Shown piece by piece: positions 8,863 to 18,296 of a stretch of DNA of 64,000 nucleotides (positions within the stretch are counted from its first letter, which is position 1; every line of letters begins with the position of its first letter). Location: the NCBI GenBank assembly GCA_965649225.1, contig CBFGJX010000002.1, forward strand, positions 18,625 through 82,624. The letters are read 5' to 3'. Origin of the DNA: a candidate division WOR-3 bacterium. GTDB taxonomy: Bacteria > Hydrothermota > Tepidihabitantia > Tepidihabitantales > Tepidihabitantaceae. Below the pieces are notes generated by a model. The model saw only the letters and a program-made list of their open reading frames with translations. It was not told the origin of the DNA and ran no database searches. Both the position numbers and the translations under genes were made by a program.

Positions 8863-11739
8863 ATGTCGCTGCTGATTGCTGTCATTTGTACGGCGGCATT
8901 GCAGGGTGGTGCTGACCGGTCGGTTGGAACCGGTCTGGATACCGTCGCAATGCGCGCGCTTCACGACGGCCTTGCTGTTCAGGGTATTTCCCCTGATGAG
9001 CTTGGTTTCTACAAACAGTGGGCAGCCGATTCCTGGTATCGTCTTGCAGCGGTCGACAGCCTGTTGAATGCACCTTTGCGGTCGGTTGACTATGTCAGAC
9101 TCAGGGCGGATCGGGCAGTTCGTTACGGCCCGGGCCGGCTGGCCGTGAATCTGTGGTCCGAACTGGACGCCCGAATTGAGCCTGCGAATGTGGCGGCGGT
9201 CGAGCGGGCGCTGGCGGCCGAAAGGGTCGTGCTGAATGACACTGCAGGAGTCCCGATCGGTATTGTGTCGGCGCTGAGGAGAATAATCGCAGGATTCGCG
9301 GTTGGTGAAAGGTCGCTGCAGCGGGCGATTTCGCGGCTGGCACCATATCAGTTTGAGCGTCTACTGGCACAGTCGGTGGCCATGTGGCAGGATTCAGACG
9401 ACACCATTGGCCCGAAGCTGTCCGGGGTTCTGCAGCGGGAATTCGGGCGCGAGTGGGATACGGCCACCGAGATAAAATCAGAAACTCTGCTGGTTGACAT
9501 GCGTAGCATCGACCGGCACGAGCTGGCGGTCGGAGGGGCGGCGGTGGTGATGGCGGTGATGGCTGCCGAGCGGCTGATTGTCGAAACCTTCGATCAGGAC
9601 TTTTGGGACCGGCGACCGGGAACGGTATCAGGCGTTGATGGCGACGTGCTGTATTCGTTCGAGACTCGTTGGGGATTGGTAGTGGTGGGAGGGCGCGGAC
9701 CGAATACCTACCGGACCGACTGTGCTGTAATCATAGACCTTGGCGGCGATGATTTGTACCTGAATCGGGCTGGTGGCGCAGTCGGAATCGACGGCCCTGC
9801 CTTTGCGGTGGTTATTGATATGGAGGGTGATGACCGGTACCGCTGCGACCGTCCTTTTGCTCAGGGAGCGGCAGTGTTCGGATGCGGCGTGCTCGTCGAC
9901 CGCAAGGGGCGGGACACGTATCAAGCGCAGCACTGTGCTCAGGGGGCAGCAATGTTCGGTACTGCCTGTTTGATCGACCGCACTGGTGATGATCTATTCG
10001 ACGCCGGCTTCTTCGCCCAAGGGAGCGGTTATTGCGGGATAGGGATGCTGGTGGAAGATGCTGGTAACGATGACTATCGGACGTGGTGCTATGGCCAGGG
10101 ATTCGGCGGAACCTGGGGCTACGGGCTGCTGACTGACCGCGCCGGCAACGACTGCTACTACGCTGGCGGCAGGTACAAACATGTTCCTCTGTTGCCGTTC
10201 GAGTATCGTTCTTTTGCTCAGGGTTTTGCAATTGGTTCGCGCCCGGATGCCGCCGGCGGGATCGGCTTTCTTTGTGATGGTGCCGGCAACGACTGCTACA
10301 ATGCCGAGGTATATGCGCAGGGAACCAGTTACTGGTACTCGCTGGGAATGCTTTGGGATGGTGAGGGGTACGACCGCTACAATGCCGCACAATACAGCCA
10401 GGGTGCGGGAATTCACCTGGCGGTCGGTTTGCTGGTTGATGAGAAGGGTTGTGATGCTTACGTTTCCCGGCTTGGTCCTGCCCAGGGAGAAGGACATGAC
10501 CTTTCAGTCGGACTGTTGCATGACGGCGGTGGCGACGATTGCTACGCCTGTTCCGGTGGTCAGGGGGTCGGGCTTACCAACTCCGTGGGGTTGTTCTTTG
10601 ACGTGGATGGTAATGACCTCTATGTCACACACGATTCATTGCTGGGCCAGGGCAGTGCCAATGTTGCACGTGGTTTCGGCGGCTTTGGGTTTTTCGCCGA
10701 TTTGGCCGGAATCGACCGGTACAGCCGGGTGTCAGGGGCTGCCGATGCGGCCGCATGGAGCAAGGGCAGCTACGGAGTCGGTCTTGACCTGAATCGGCCG
10801 GCAACTGTCATTGACCTGGAACCTGATGTCGACACGACCTCGACCGAAGCTGACTCGTTAAATCTGCCGGTAGATTCAGTTTTTCGGGTCGCTGCGACCT
10901 GGGAGGTCGGCAACGCGGTAAAGCGGGTCAGGCGGGCACGCCGGCAGCTAATCCAGTATGGTACGGCCGCACTCAGTTATGTTTTCCAATACAAGATTGA
11001 TACCAAGGATGGCCTTGAGCTAAGGGCGATAGAAGAACTGGTCAGGGCGCTGCCGGACTCGGCGCTGCCACTCTTGTTACGCACACTGCGCGACACCAGG
11101 CTGCTGGCACGGTCCAATGCAGCCTACCTGTTGGGGAAACTGGGCAGCAAGGCCGGTGAGAGCGTTGATTCAATCCTGCTGGCCATGCGTGACAAACGGA
11201 TAACGGCACGACGAGCCGCCGCGACGCTTGGAGACATTGGCGAGGCACGGGTTGTTCCACAGCTTCTGCCACTGCTTCGTGACAGATTCGAACCCACCCG
11301 GATAGCCGCCGCGGAAGCCTGCGCCAAACTCAAGAACCCGGTTGCGGTACCGGCGCTGATTGGCTGTTTGTCTGACCAGCTGTTCACCGTTCGTTCTGCT
11401 GCCGAACTGGCGCTGGTTGCTATCGATTCGGCGGCAGCCGGACCGTTGCTGGCGGCGTTGCCGGGTCTTTCGGATATTGCGCTGGGCCATGCGCTGCGCG
11501 GACTGGGATCAATCGCTGCCTGTCGTGACAGTGCTGCGCCGGGTGAACGCTGTCGACAGGCCGGTGCGAGCATTGTCGGGTTTCTCGACCATCGGTCGGC
11601 TTTTGTCCGTCTCTGCGCCGTTGAGGCTTGTCGTCGTCTGGGCGATCCCGGACTGCGCGACCGTCTCGTGACCGCGATGGCTGCCGAAACCGACGGGTTC
11701 GTTCTAAATCAATACCGGCTGGCGCTCAACCAGCGTTGA
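8863..11739 (+). CDS. Secreted protein with about 12 DxxGxDxY Gly-rich repeats and C-terminal HEAT repeats
   Basis: Signal peptide, tandem G.G.L.D..G.D.Y units, then PBS/HEAT-like units (RSNAAYLLG, RIAAAEAC, VRSAAELAL). Confidence 0.8.
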   Translation: MSLLIAVICTAALQGGADRSVGTGLDTVAMRALHDGLAVQGISPDELGFYKQWAADSWYRLAAVDSLLNAPLRSVDYVRLRADRAVRYGPGRLAVNLWSELDARIEPANVAAVERALAAERVVLNDTAGVPIGIVSALRRIIAGFAVGERSLQRAISRLAPYQFERLLAQSVAMWQDSDDTIGPKLSGVLQREFGREWDTATEIKSETLLVDMRSIDRHELAVGGAAVVMAVMAAERLIVETFDQDFWDRRPGTVSGVDGDVLYSFETRWGLVVVGGRGPNTYRTDCAVIIDLGGDDLYLNRAGGAVGIDGPAFAVVIDMEGDDRYRCDRPFAQGAAVFGCGVLVDRKGRDTYQAQHCAQGAAMFGTACLIDRTGDDLFDAGFFAQGSGYCGIGMLVEDAGNDDYRTWCYGQGFGGTWGYGLLTDRAGNDCYYAGGRYKHVPLLPFEYRSFAQGFAIGSRPDAAGGIGFLCDGAGNDCYNAEVYAQGTSYWYSLGMLWDGEGYDRYNAAQYSQGAGIHLAVGLLVDEKGCDAYVSRLGPAQGEGHDLSVGLLHDGGGDDCYACSGGQGVGLTNSVGLFFDVDGNDLYVTHDSLLGQGSANVARGFGGFGFFADLAGIDRYSRVSGAADAAAWSKGSYGVGLDLNRPATVIDLEPDVDTTSTEADSLNLPVDSVFRVAATWEVGNAVKRVRRARRQLIQYGTAALSYVFQYKIDTKDGLELRAIEELVRALPDSALPLLLRTLRDTRLLARSNAAYLLGKLGSKAGESVDSILLAMRDKRITARRAAATLGDIGEARVVPQLLPLLRDRFEPTRIAAAEACAKLKNPVAVPALIGCLSDQLFTVRSAAELALVAIDSAAAGPLLAALPGLSDIALGHALRGLGSIAACRDSAAPGERCRQAGASIVGFLDHRSAFVRLCAVEACRRLGDPGLRDRLVTAMAAETDGFVLNQYRLALNQR

Positions 11740-11792
11740 AACGGGATGGCAGTTTCCTTGACTGGCACTGTGCCGGCGGGTAGATTGATGCC

Positions 11793-13100
11793 ATGCATCG
11801 TACGTTGGCTGCGGAGATAACTCAGCACATCGGCAAGCGGGTACGGCTTGTCGGCTGGCTTCACCACGTTCGTGAGCTGGGGACGATTTCGTTCGTCATT
11901 GTCCGTGACAGGACCGGACTGGCACAGGCGGTTACTGACGCTCCGGCACGGTTCGGACTCGACCGCCTGAAGCGGGAGAGCATTGTCGCGGTCACCGGCA
12001 CGGTGAAGCCGGAACCCCAGGCCCGGCGCGGTGCGGAACTGATACTGGAGTCGATTGATGTTATCTCTGAACCGGTTGCAGCGTTGCCTTTTGAGGTCAA
12101 CCGATCCAAAAAGAAGCTGAATCTCAAAATCGACACGATACTTGACCATCGGGCCTTTGGTCTGCGTAATCCTGAATTCGGCTGGGTTTTTCGTGTGCAG
12201 GCCGAAATCGTCCGGACGTTTCGAGAATACCTGCGCAGTCAGGGATTTCTTGAGGTACATACCTCAAAAATCGTTGCCGCTGGTACCGAGGGCGGTACAT
12301 CGCTGTTTCGGCTGAAGTATTTCGAGCAGGATGCCTACCTTGCTCAAAGCCCGCAGTTCTACAAGCAGATGCTGGTTGGCGCCGGTTTTGAACGGGTGTG
12401 CGAAGTCGGATTTGTCTATCGGGCTGAGGACCACGCTACTTCCCGGCACATCAACGAGTATCTATCACTGGATTTCGAGATGGGTTTCATTGACTCGTAT
12501 CGTGATGTCACTGCGATGGAGACCGGTTTTTTGCGCCAGCTGATGCAGAATCTCAATGATAACTGTGCTGAGGAACTGGAACTGTTTGGTGTAAGTCTGC
12601 CCGAAGTGCCGGCCGAGATACCCGACATACCGCTCAAGGAAGCGCTGGCGATACTGGCGAAGGATTTTGGCCGTGACACCAGCGGCATCGAAGACCTTGA
12701 TCCCGAGGGAGAAAGGCAGATCTGCGAGTACGCCCGCAAGAGTCTGGGCAGTGAGTTTGTTTTTGTCAGTCACTATCCGGCCAGCGCCCGACCATTTTAC
12801 ACGATGCCCGACCCGACAGACCCGGCGTACACGCTCGGATTCGACCTGCTGTTCCGGGGGCTGGAGGTGACAACCGGAAGCCAGCGTATCCACGACTACC
12901 AGATGCTCTGCAACAATATTCGCTCACGCGGTATGAATCCGGACGACTTCAAGTTCTATCTTGAGATTTTCCAGTATTCGATGCCGCCGCACGGAGGTTT
13001 GGCAATCGGTGCCGAACGACTGACCCAGCAGTTGCTTGGACTGGCGAACATTCGCGAGGCGAGCCTGTTTCCCCGCGACCGGTATCGACTTACGCCGTAG
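11793..13100 (+). CDS. aspS: Aspartate--tRNA ligase, short archaeal/AspRS2 type
   Basis: 435 aa, GWLH.VRELG OB fold, YLAQSPQFYKQ, YRAE...SRHINE, RPFYT, GSQRIH, PPHGG.AIG.ER, LFPRD. Lacks the bacterial GAD insert. Confidence 0.93.
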   Translation: MHRTLAAEITQHIGKRVRLVGWLHHVRELGTISFVIVRDRTGLAQAVTDAPARFGLDRLKRESIVAVTGTVKPEPQARRGAELILESIDVISEPVAALPFEVNRSKKKLNLKIDTILDHRAFGLRNPEFGWVFRVQAEIVRTFREYLRSQGFLEVHTSKIVAAGTEGGTSLFRLKYFEQDAYLAQSPQFYKQMLVGAGFERVCEVGFVYRAEDHATSRHINEYLSLDFEMGFIDSYRDVTAMETGFLRQLMQNLNDNCAEELELFGVSLPEVPAEIPDIPLKEALAILAKDFGRDTSGIEDLDPEGERQICEYARKSLGSEFVFVSHYPASARPFYTMPDPTDPAYTLGFDLLFRGLEVTTGSQRIHDYQMLCNNIRSRGMNPDDFKFYLEIFQYSMPPHGGLAIGAERLTQQLLGLANIREASLFPRDRYRLTP

Positions 13101-13175
13101 ACAGTTTTGACGAACATTATCCGGCAGTTTCTGTCTGGTAGAAAGGTCAGTTAGTTCCGGAAAGTGGAGACACTT

Positions 13176-15329
13176 ATGAGAAGATTTGCAGTTATTTTGC
13201 TTGCGGTGGGGTTCGTCCCGGCTTTGCCCTTGCCCGAGAACGGCGTAAGGCCACCGTTCGCGGTTGACCCGTCGGTAGCCCGGGCTGTGGCCCTGCGCAA
13301 GGCTGCGGCCGAGTACCCCGGCGCAAGACTCGGGGTGGAACTGCCCTATGTCGACCAGACCGGAACGACAGTTGCCTACAGCTTCGTGTTCCGCGTTGAC
13401 GGCGGTGAGATGGGCGGCTACGACGATGTCCGTGCCGACATTCTTGCCGAACGCGCCCAGCTCGGCCCTGACGTCGACCTGACCCGCTGGCGTTCGAAGT
13501 ATGCCCACGTAACCGTATCGGCCCGCCGCGACCGCAGACCGATACTGCGCTATGGTTATGGCGCGGGCGAATACTGGGCTGTCGGCGCCGTGGCGCTGGA
13601 GCGTGCCCGGCTGGCACTGGGGAGTGAAGCTCGGTTCACCCGGTTGTACTTCATTCATCCGGTGGTCTACTTCGAGTTTGAGGACCCCGCTGGTCGACGG
13701 GTGATTTACAGCGAGCACTTCGAGCGTTCCTGGGACAGCCGGGAGGCCTTTGTCGCCGAGGTTGAACAGAACATCGATGAAATGAGGTCGAGGCACGGTT
13801 TCGATGCCGCTGCTGCCGCCGCAGTTCACTTTGCGGAGTGGGAGACAGCACTTGCAGCCGATTTCCGTGACTACACCGAGGTTTTCGTGCCCAGCGTCGG
13901 TCGGGCCCCGTTCTACGACTGGAGCTACGGTTGTACTCCGACGTCGGGCGCAATGGTGCTGGGCTACATCGATCGCACGCAGGACTACGGTAAACTCATC
14001 AAGTGGTTCGCTCAGCGCTACGACATGGTCGAAGGCGAACCCGACTGGCAGATTCCCAATGCCCAGCGTGAGTGCGCAATCGCGATGGGCACCGACACGA
14101 CCCGCGGCGGCACGTCGATATACGGCATCGCCGGCGGCCTGCAGTCGGTAGGGATGGCCAACGGCTACGTGTTCACGATGCTCGATGCACTGGGCGCGTC
14201 ATGGAACGACTGGTGCTGGGATACGATCAAGATGGAGATCGATGCCGGCCGTGCCCACGTCTGGTCTGCTTTGTGGGCGATTCATTCGCTGGCTGCGTTC
14301 GGCTACCGCGAGCCACAGAAGGATGTTTATGTCCACAACACGTGGTGGGCTCCGGCTGAGTGGTGGGGACATTCGGGCAACGATTTTGCCCACGTTGCGT
14401 CGCCCGATCCCTGGGGCGGCGATCCCCGGCGGCTGGAGCTCGTCTACCCGAAGGGAGACACCAACTACAACAGCAATGGTCGCGGGCAGCAGTTCTATGT
14501 CGGCGACACTGTCCGTGTTGTCTGGGCAAATTTCGGACCGTCCGGCTCACGCGTTGGCATTGATCTGTCCCTTAACGGAGGCAAGGACTGGACGGTGCTT
14601 GATGACAACGTACCTGATACCGGCGCGTGGAATTGGGTTGTTTCGACCGAACTTCGCCGTAATGACTCAACACGGCTGCGTCTGCGGCAGTACAGCGGTA
14701 CCGCCATGACCTCCGCGGACGGGAGTTTTGGCAACTTTCTCATACTGCGTGAGCCGTTGCCACCACCACAAATTGCTCCGCCGAACGGGCTGCCGGTCTT
14801 TGACCCGCCGGTAGTGGTGGAGGTTGATTCAAGCCGCGCCAGAGCCGATAGTTTCGATTTCAAGCTGATACTCGGAACCGACACGCTCCTGCGGCACACC
14901 GGAACGAGTCCGCGCTGGTCGCTTGACGGCTATCCGTTCATTTACGGTCGTATCTACAAGTGGGTTGTGCGCGGGCGCAACAACTACGGCTGGAGCGAAT
15001 GGTCGGCGCCGTGGTCGTTTCGCATCCTTTTCCAGGGCATTGAGGAGACCGTCGGTCGCCCGGTGTCCGGTTCGGCTGCGCTACCAGTTACGATTGCCCG
15101 GCTTAGTGCCGGACAACTGGAATTCGGCAGCCGAAAACCGAATCCCAGCAGGGTCATGACAATCTTCGATGCCGCGGGCCGGGTGGTAGTGTCGATTTCG
15201 CCATCACGGCGTGACGGGACATTGTCGTGGAATATGTGCGATAACTCCGGTAAGACTGTCGGGCCGGGCTGCTACATCGCCTTACTCGAGCCGGGTCGGG
15301 TTATGTGCAAGCTTGTGCTGATGCGCTGA
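13176..15329 (+). CDS. Secreted papain-like cysteine peptidase (C10/C39-like) with Ig-like domains and T9SS/FlgD-like CTD
   Basis: Signal peptide, YGCTPTSGAMVLGY (Cys), HSLAAFGY (His), VHNTW (Asn), C-terminal IFDAAGRVV...GCY...KLVLMR. Confidence 0.7.
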   Translation: MRRFAVILLAVGFVPALPLPENGVRPPFAVDPSVARAVALRKAAAEYPGARLGVELPYVDQTGTTVAYSFVFRVDGGEMGGYDDVRADILAERAQLGPDVDLTRWRSKYAHVTVSARRDRRPILRYGYGAGEYWAVGAVALERARLALGSEARFTRLYFIHPVVYFEFEDPAGRRVIYSEHFERSWDSREAFVAEVEQNIDEMRSRHGFDAAAAAAVHFAEWETALAADFRDYTEVFVPSVGRAPFYDWSYGCTPTSGAMVLGYIDRTQDYGKLIKWFAQRYDMVEGEPDWQIPNAQRECAIAMGTDTTRGGTSIYGIAGGLQSVGMANGYVFTMLDALGASWNDWCWDTIKMEIDAGRAHVWSALWAIHSLAAFGYREPQKDVYVHNTWWAPAEWWGHSGNDFAHVASPDPWGGDPRRLELVYPKGDTNYNSNGRGQQFYVGDTVRVVWANFGPSGSRVGIDLSLNGGKDWTVLDDNVPDTGAWNWVVSTELRRNDSTRLRLRQYSGTAMTSADGSFGNFLILREPLPPPQIAPPNGLPVFDPPVVVEVDSSRARADSFDFKLILGTDTLLRHTGTSPRWSLDGYPFIYGRIYKWVVRGRNNYGWSEWSAPWSFRILFQGIEETVGRPVSGSAALPVTIARLSAGQLEFGSRKPNPSRVMTIFDAAGRVVVSISPSRRDGTLSWNMCDNSGKTVGPGCYIALLEPGRVMCKLVLMR

Positions 15330-15361
15330 GCTGTTACGAGCCATCCGGGCGACACTGGCCG

Positions 15362-16330
15362 CTAGATGTGAAATTCTACAACGTCGCGGTCTTGCAGGAT
15401 CTGGTTGCGCTCAACCCGCTGCCCGTTGAATCCGCTCGCGTTCCAGAGCCGGGCATAGCTCAGGTTTCGGGCAATGTCCTTATGCAGGTTGTAAGCGGCA
15501 TCAATTATGGTAGCACCGCGTTTGAGAATAACCGGGTCATGCATTTCTGGCGGTTTCCCCGGTTTTTTCGTGTAGACGCGAATCACCTCGAGCGTTTCGA
15601 AAACGCGCCGGCGCAGGTCTTCGAGCCCGGTGCCGTGCTCGGCTGAAACAAGCAGCATCGGCACGTCCCCGAGCATCTCGCGCAGGACTGCCAGTCGGTC
15701 GAGGGCGGCCGGGTCGTCGCATTTGGTACCCAGCCGGATCAGCTTCTTCGGAGTAACCCCTTCGGTCGGATTGAGCGCAATGCGGGCTTGAGCAAGCAGG
15801 CTGTGCAGCAGTTCGGTATTCTCGAGCAGGGCGTCGTCGGCGAGGTCGTAGAGCAGGGCGAGTACATCGGTCGTGCGCATTATGTGGTAAAGCCAGGGCG
15901 GTGCATCCGGCGCAACCGGCGGCATGTCCACAAGCTGAATCTGGATGTCCTCGAATTCCATCATACCGGCCTGCGGTATCGTTGTCGTAAACGGGTAGGC
16001 CGCTACCTCCGTCGCGAGTCCGGTCAATGCGCGTACCAGAGCTGATTTGCCCGAGTTGGGCACGCCGACGGTCACGACCTGGCCCGCGCCCTGTTTCTCG
16101 ACGTGGAACCAGTCGCCGCGCCGGCCACCAGCAGACTTGCTCGATGCTGAGAGTTCCTTCTTCAGCTTGGCGATGCGTGTCTTGAGATCGGCCTGCATCT
16201 TCTCAGTGCCCTTGTGCTTGGGGATGGTCTGCAGCATCTCCTCAAGGCAGACCAGCTTTTCCTCAGGCGAAGCGGCGAGGCGGTATCGCTCTTCGGCCTT
16301 CTTAAACTCGGGAGAGAGGTTCGCCGGCAC
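15362..16330 (-). CDS. DRG/Obg-family GTPase with TGS domain
   Basis: PKHKGTEK, GVPNSGKS, YPFTT, TKCD, IRVYTKKPG, LQDRDVVEFH. Confidence 0.9.
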   Translation of the reverse strand: MPANLSPEFKKAEERYRLAASPEEKLVCLEEMLQTIPKHKGTEKMQADLKTRIAKLKKELSASSKSAGGRRGDWFHVEKQGAGQVVTVGVPNSGKSALVRALTGLATEVAAYPFTTTIPQAGMMEFEDIQIQLVDMPPVAPDAPPWLYHIMRTTDVLALLYDLADDALLENTELLHSLLAQARIALNPTEGVTPKKLIRLGTKCDDPAALDRLAVLREMLGDVPMLLVSAEHGTGLEDLRRRVFETLEVIRVYTKKPGKPPEMHDPVILKRGATIIDAAYNLHKDIARNLSYARLWNASGFNGQRVERNQILQDRDVVEFHI

Positions 16331-16358
16331 GCCTATTTATAGCCGAAACTGCTCACAG

Positions 16359-16388
16359 CGCAAGAACCCCGCAGACGGGGTCCTTGCG
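16359..16388 (-). terminator. GC hairpin, probable terminator of the alpha/beta-hydrolase gene
   Basis: CGCAAGAACCCCG-caga-CGGGGTCCTTGCG inverted repeat just after the stop. No clear U tract. Confidence 0.5.
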
Positions 16389-16401
16389 AAACAGACGCAG
16401 G

Positions 16402-17832
16402 CTAATCGCCAGTTGCAAAGCGCTGCAGAATCCAGTCGCCAAACAGAGCAAGGGCCTTGGGAGCGATCGTTTCCTCAATTCGCGCGTATTCGGTGACCGC
16501 GCCAGTCGTCGCAGTCTGTAACAAGTGATTCAGTCCGGGCAGTTCCTTGACCGTCCAGTCAGGGTTACCGCCGGCCCTGAGTACAGTTTTGATGGCGGCG
16601 AGGTTTTCGCGCGGGGAAACCTGAACATCTTTTTCGCCGATAACCGCCAGTACCGGGACCTTGAGTCGACGCAGTTCAGGGGCCGGGTCGTAGGCGACGA
16701 ACTGGCGGAACCAAGGGGTGAGCGCCGTCCTGGCCTGGGCCGCGATGGCCTCGGCCGATTGAAGCGCACCGGGTTGTGAATCGGGCAGTGCCTCGGCTGC
16801 CTGAGACAGCAGTTGGCGCAGGCTGGCGCCAGCTACGGCGGTGTCAGTCGCGCTCAAGACAATATCCAGTACCTGACGCTGAAGTGCGGCCGCCGCGTCT
16901 GCAGCCGAATCGGACTCGCCGGCTGATCTGGCAATGAGACGGGATTGAAGCACGAGCAGTGAGTCGCCGCGCAGGCCGGTGCCGGCCATCAGGATGACAA
17001 ACGCGACCCCACCGCGATTGGCGACAATCGGGGCGATAATCCCGCCTTCACTGTGTCCGAGCAGGCCGATGCGGCCAGGGTCAATTTCAGGGCGAGTTTT
17101 CAGGTAGGCAACGGCCGCAGCGGCATCGGATGCCATGTCTGTGGTGGTGGCAGTCGAGAAGTCACCGGTCGACTTGGCCACGCCCCGGTCGTCATAGCGA
17201 AGCACCGCGATGCCGCGTCGGGTCAGGTAATCAGCTATCACAAGGAACGGCCTGTGGCCGAACACCAACTCATCGCGGTCTTGGGGGCCGGAACCGGAGA
17301 TGAGTACCAGGGCGGGGAATCGGTCACCCGAGTCAGGCAAAGTGAGGGTGCCAGCGAGTGTGATTCCGGCAGCCGGGTTCACAAATTCCACTTCCTCAAC
17401 CCGATAGGGGAATGGTTCCTTTGGTTCCTGGGGGCGGACAGGGGCGGCAAGCCCGGTATTGCGGCGCAACGTCAGCGGCAGACTGAGCGGGCCTTGTTTC
17501 CAGACGCCGGACAGCACGCTGTCACCAGGCTGGAGCACGGCTTCAAACGAGCCGAAAGCCGACGGTATCTTCAGGGTCAGTCTGCGTTTGGCAAAGGACA
17601 CGTCGGCGGCTTCGAGTCCGAAGGCGCCCTGGTCCGGGCTGTCCATTGTGGCCGCCAGCTTGCCGTCACCGGTGCGGGCCACGTGCAGCACAATTGTCAG
17701 TTCGCCGCCGGGAACCGCAAGCTTGCCCTGCCAGTCGCCTTCCGGATTGCCGACCCTGCCGCGGCAGCCCGAGCAGAGCGCAAGGACCGCGGCAAGAAAG
17801 ATAGTCGTTATGAGAGTCCGATGTACAGTCAT
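16402..17832 (-). CDS. Lipoprotein alpha/beta-fold serine hydrolase (S9/S15-like)
   Basis: Signal peptide with Cys, SGSGPQDRDE, DDRGV, GHSEGG nucleophile, GEKD.QV, LNHL. Confidence 0.88.
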   Translation of the reverse strand: MTVHRTLITTIFLAAVLALCSGCRGRVGNPEGDWQGKLAVPGGELTIVLHVARTGDGKLAATMDSPDQGAFGLEAADVSFAKRRLTLKIPSAFGSFEAVLQPGDSVLSGVWKQGPLSLPLTLRRNTGLAAPVRPQEPKEPFPYRVEEVEFVNPAAGITLAGTLTLPDSGDRFPALVLISGSGPQDRDELVFGHRPFLVIADYLTRRGIAVLRYDDRGVAKSTGDFSTATTTDMASDAAAAVAYLKTRPEIDPGRIGLLGHSEGGIIAPIVANRGGVAFVILMAGTGLRGDSLLVLQSRLIARSAGESDSAADAAAALQRQVLDIVLSATDTAVAGASLRQLLSQAAEALPDSQPGALQSAEAIAAQARTALTPWFRQFVAYDPAPELRRLKVPVLAVIGEKDVQVSPRENLAAIKTVLRAGGNPDWTVKELPGLNHLLQTATTGAVTEYARIEETIAPKALALFGDWILQRFATGD

Positions 17833-18296
17833 TGGTTACCTCCGGCGCGTTCACGCGCCAGTGCTGTCAGCAGCCGTGTTCGGACCGGTTCTGGCTACAG
17901 TCCTTCTTTGCAGCCTGAATTGTCCGGTGAAGCAGCTACCCGGGTGAGCAGGTTGCTCGCAGGTCTGGGTGGGCTCGCTAGTTCCGATTCTTGTTGTCAT
18001 CGGCGTCACCGTCAGCCTTGCGCGGTCCTGACGATGGACCTTAACCTCGACCTTTCGGCCACGTTCGACGCTGCCTATCATCTCCTTGAGGTAAGGGCCT
18101 GAGTCGTCCATCTGCGAGTCGCCGTATGCATTTACACCAGAGAATCTGACCGAACCAGCCGGAAGTGCCACTCGATTTGCCACCCTTGCTTCGCGTCTCT
18201 ACACTTCGTGCCAGCAACGAGGGGCGATGAGCGCAAGCCCGTCCAGAACGGTAAGAGCCGCTTCTCAATTACTGCTACTTCGTCGGCCGGGTAGCG

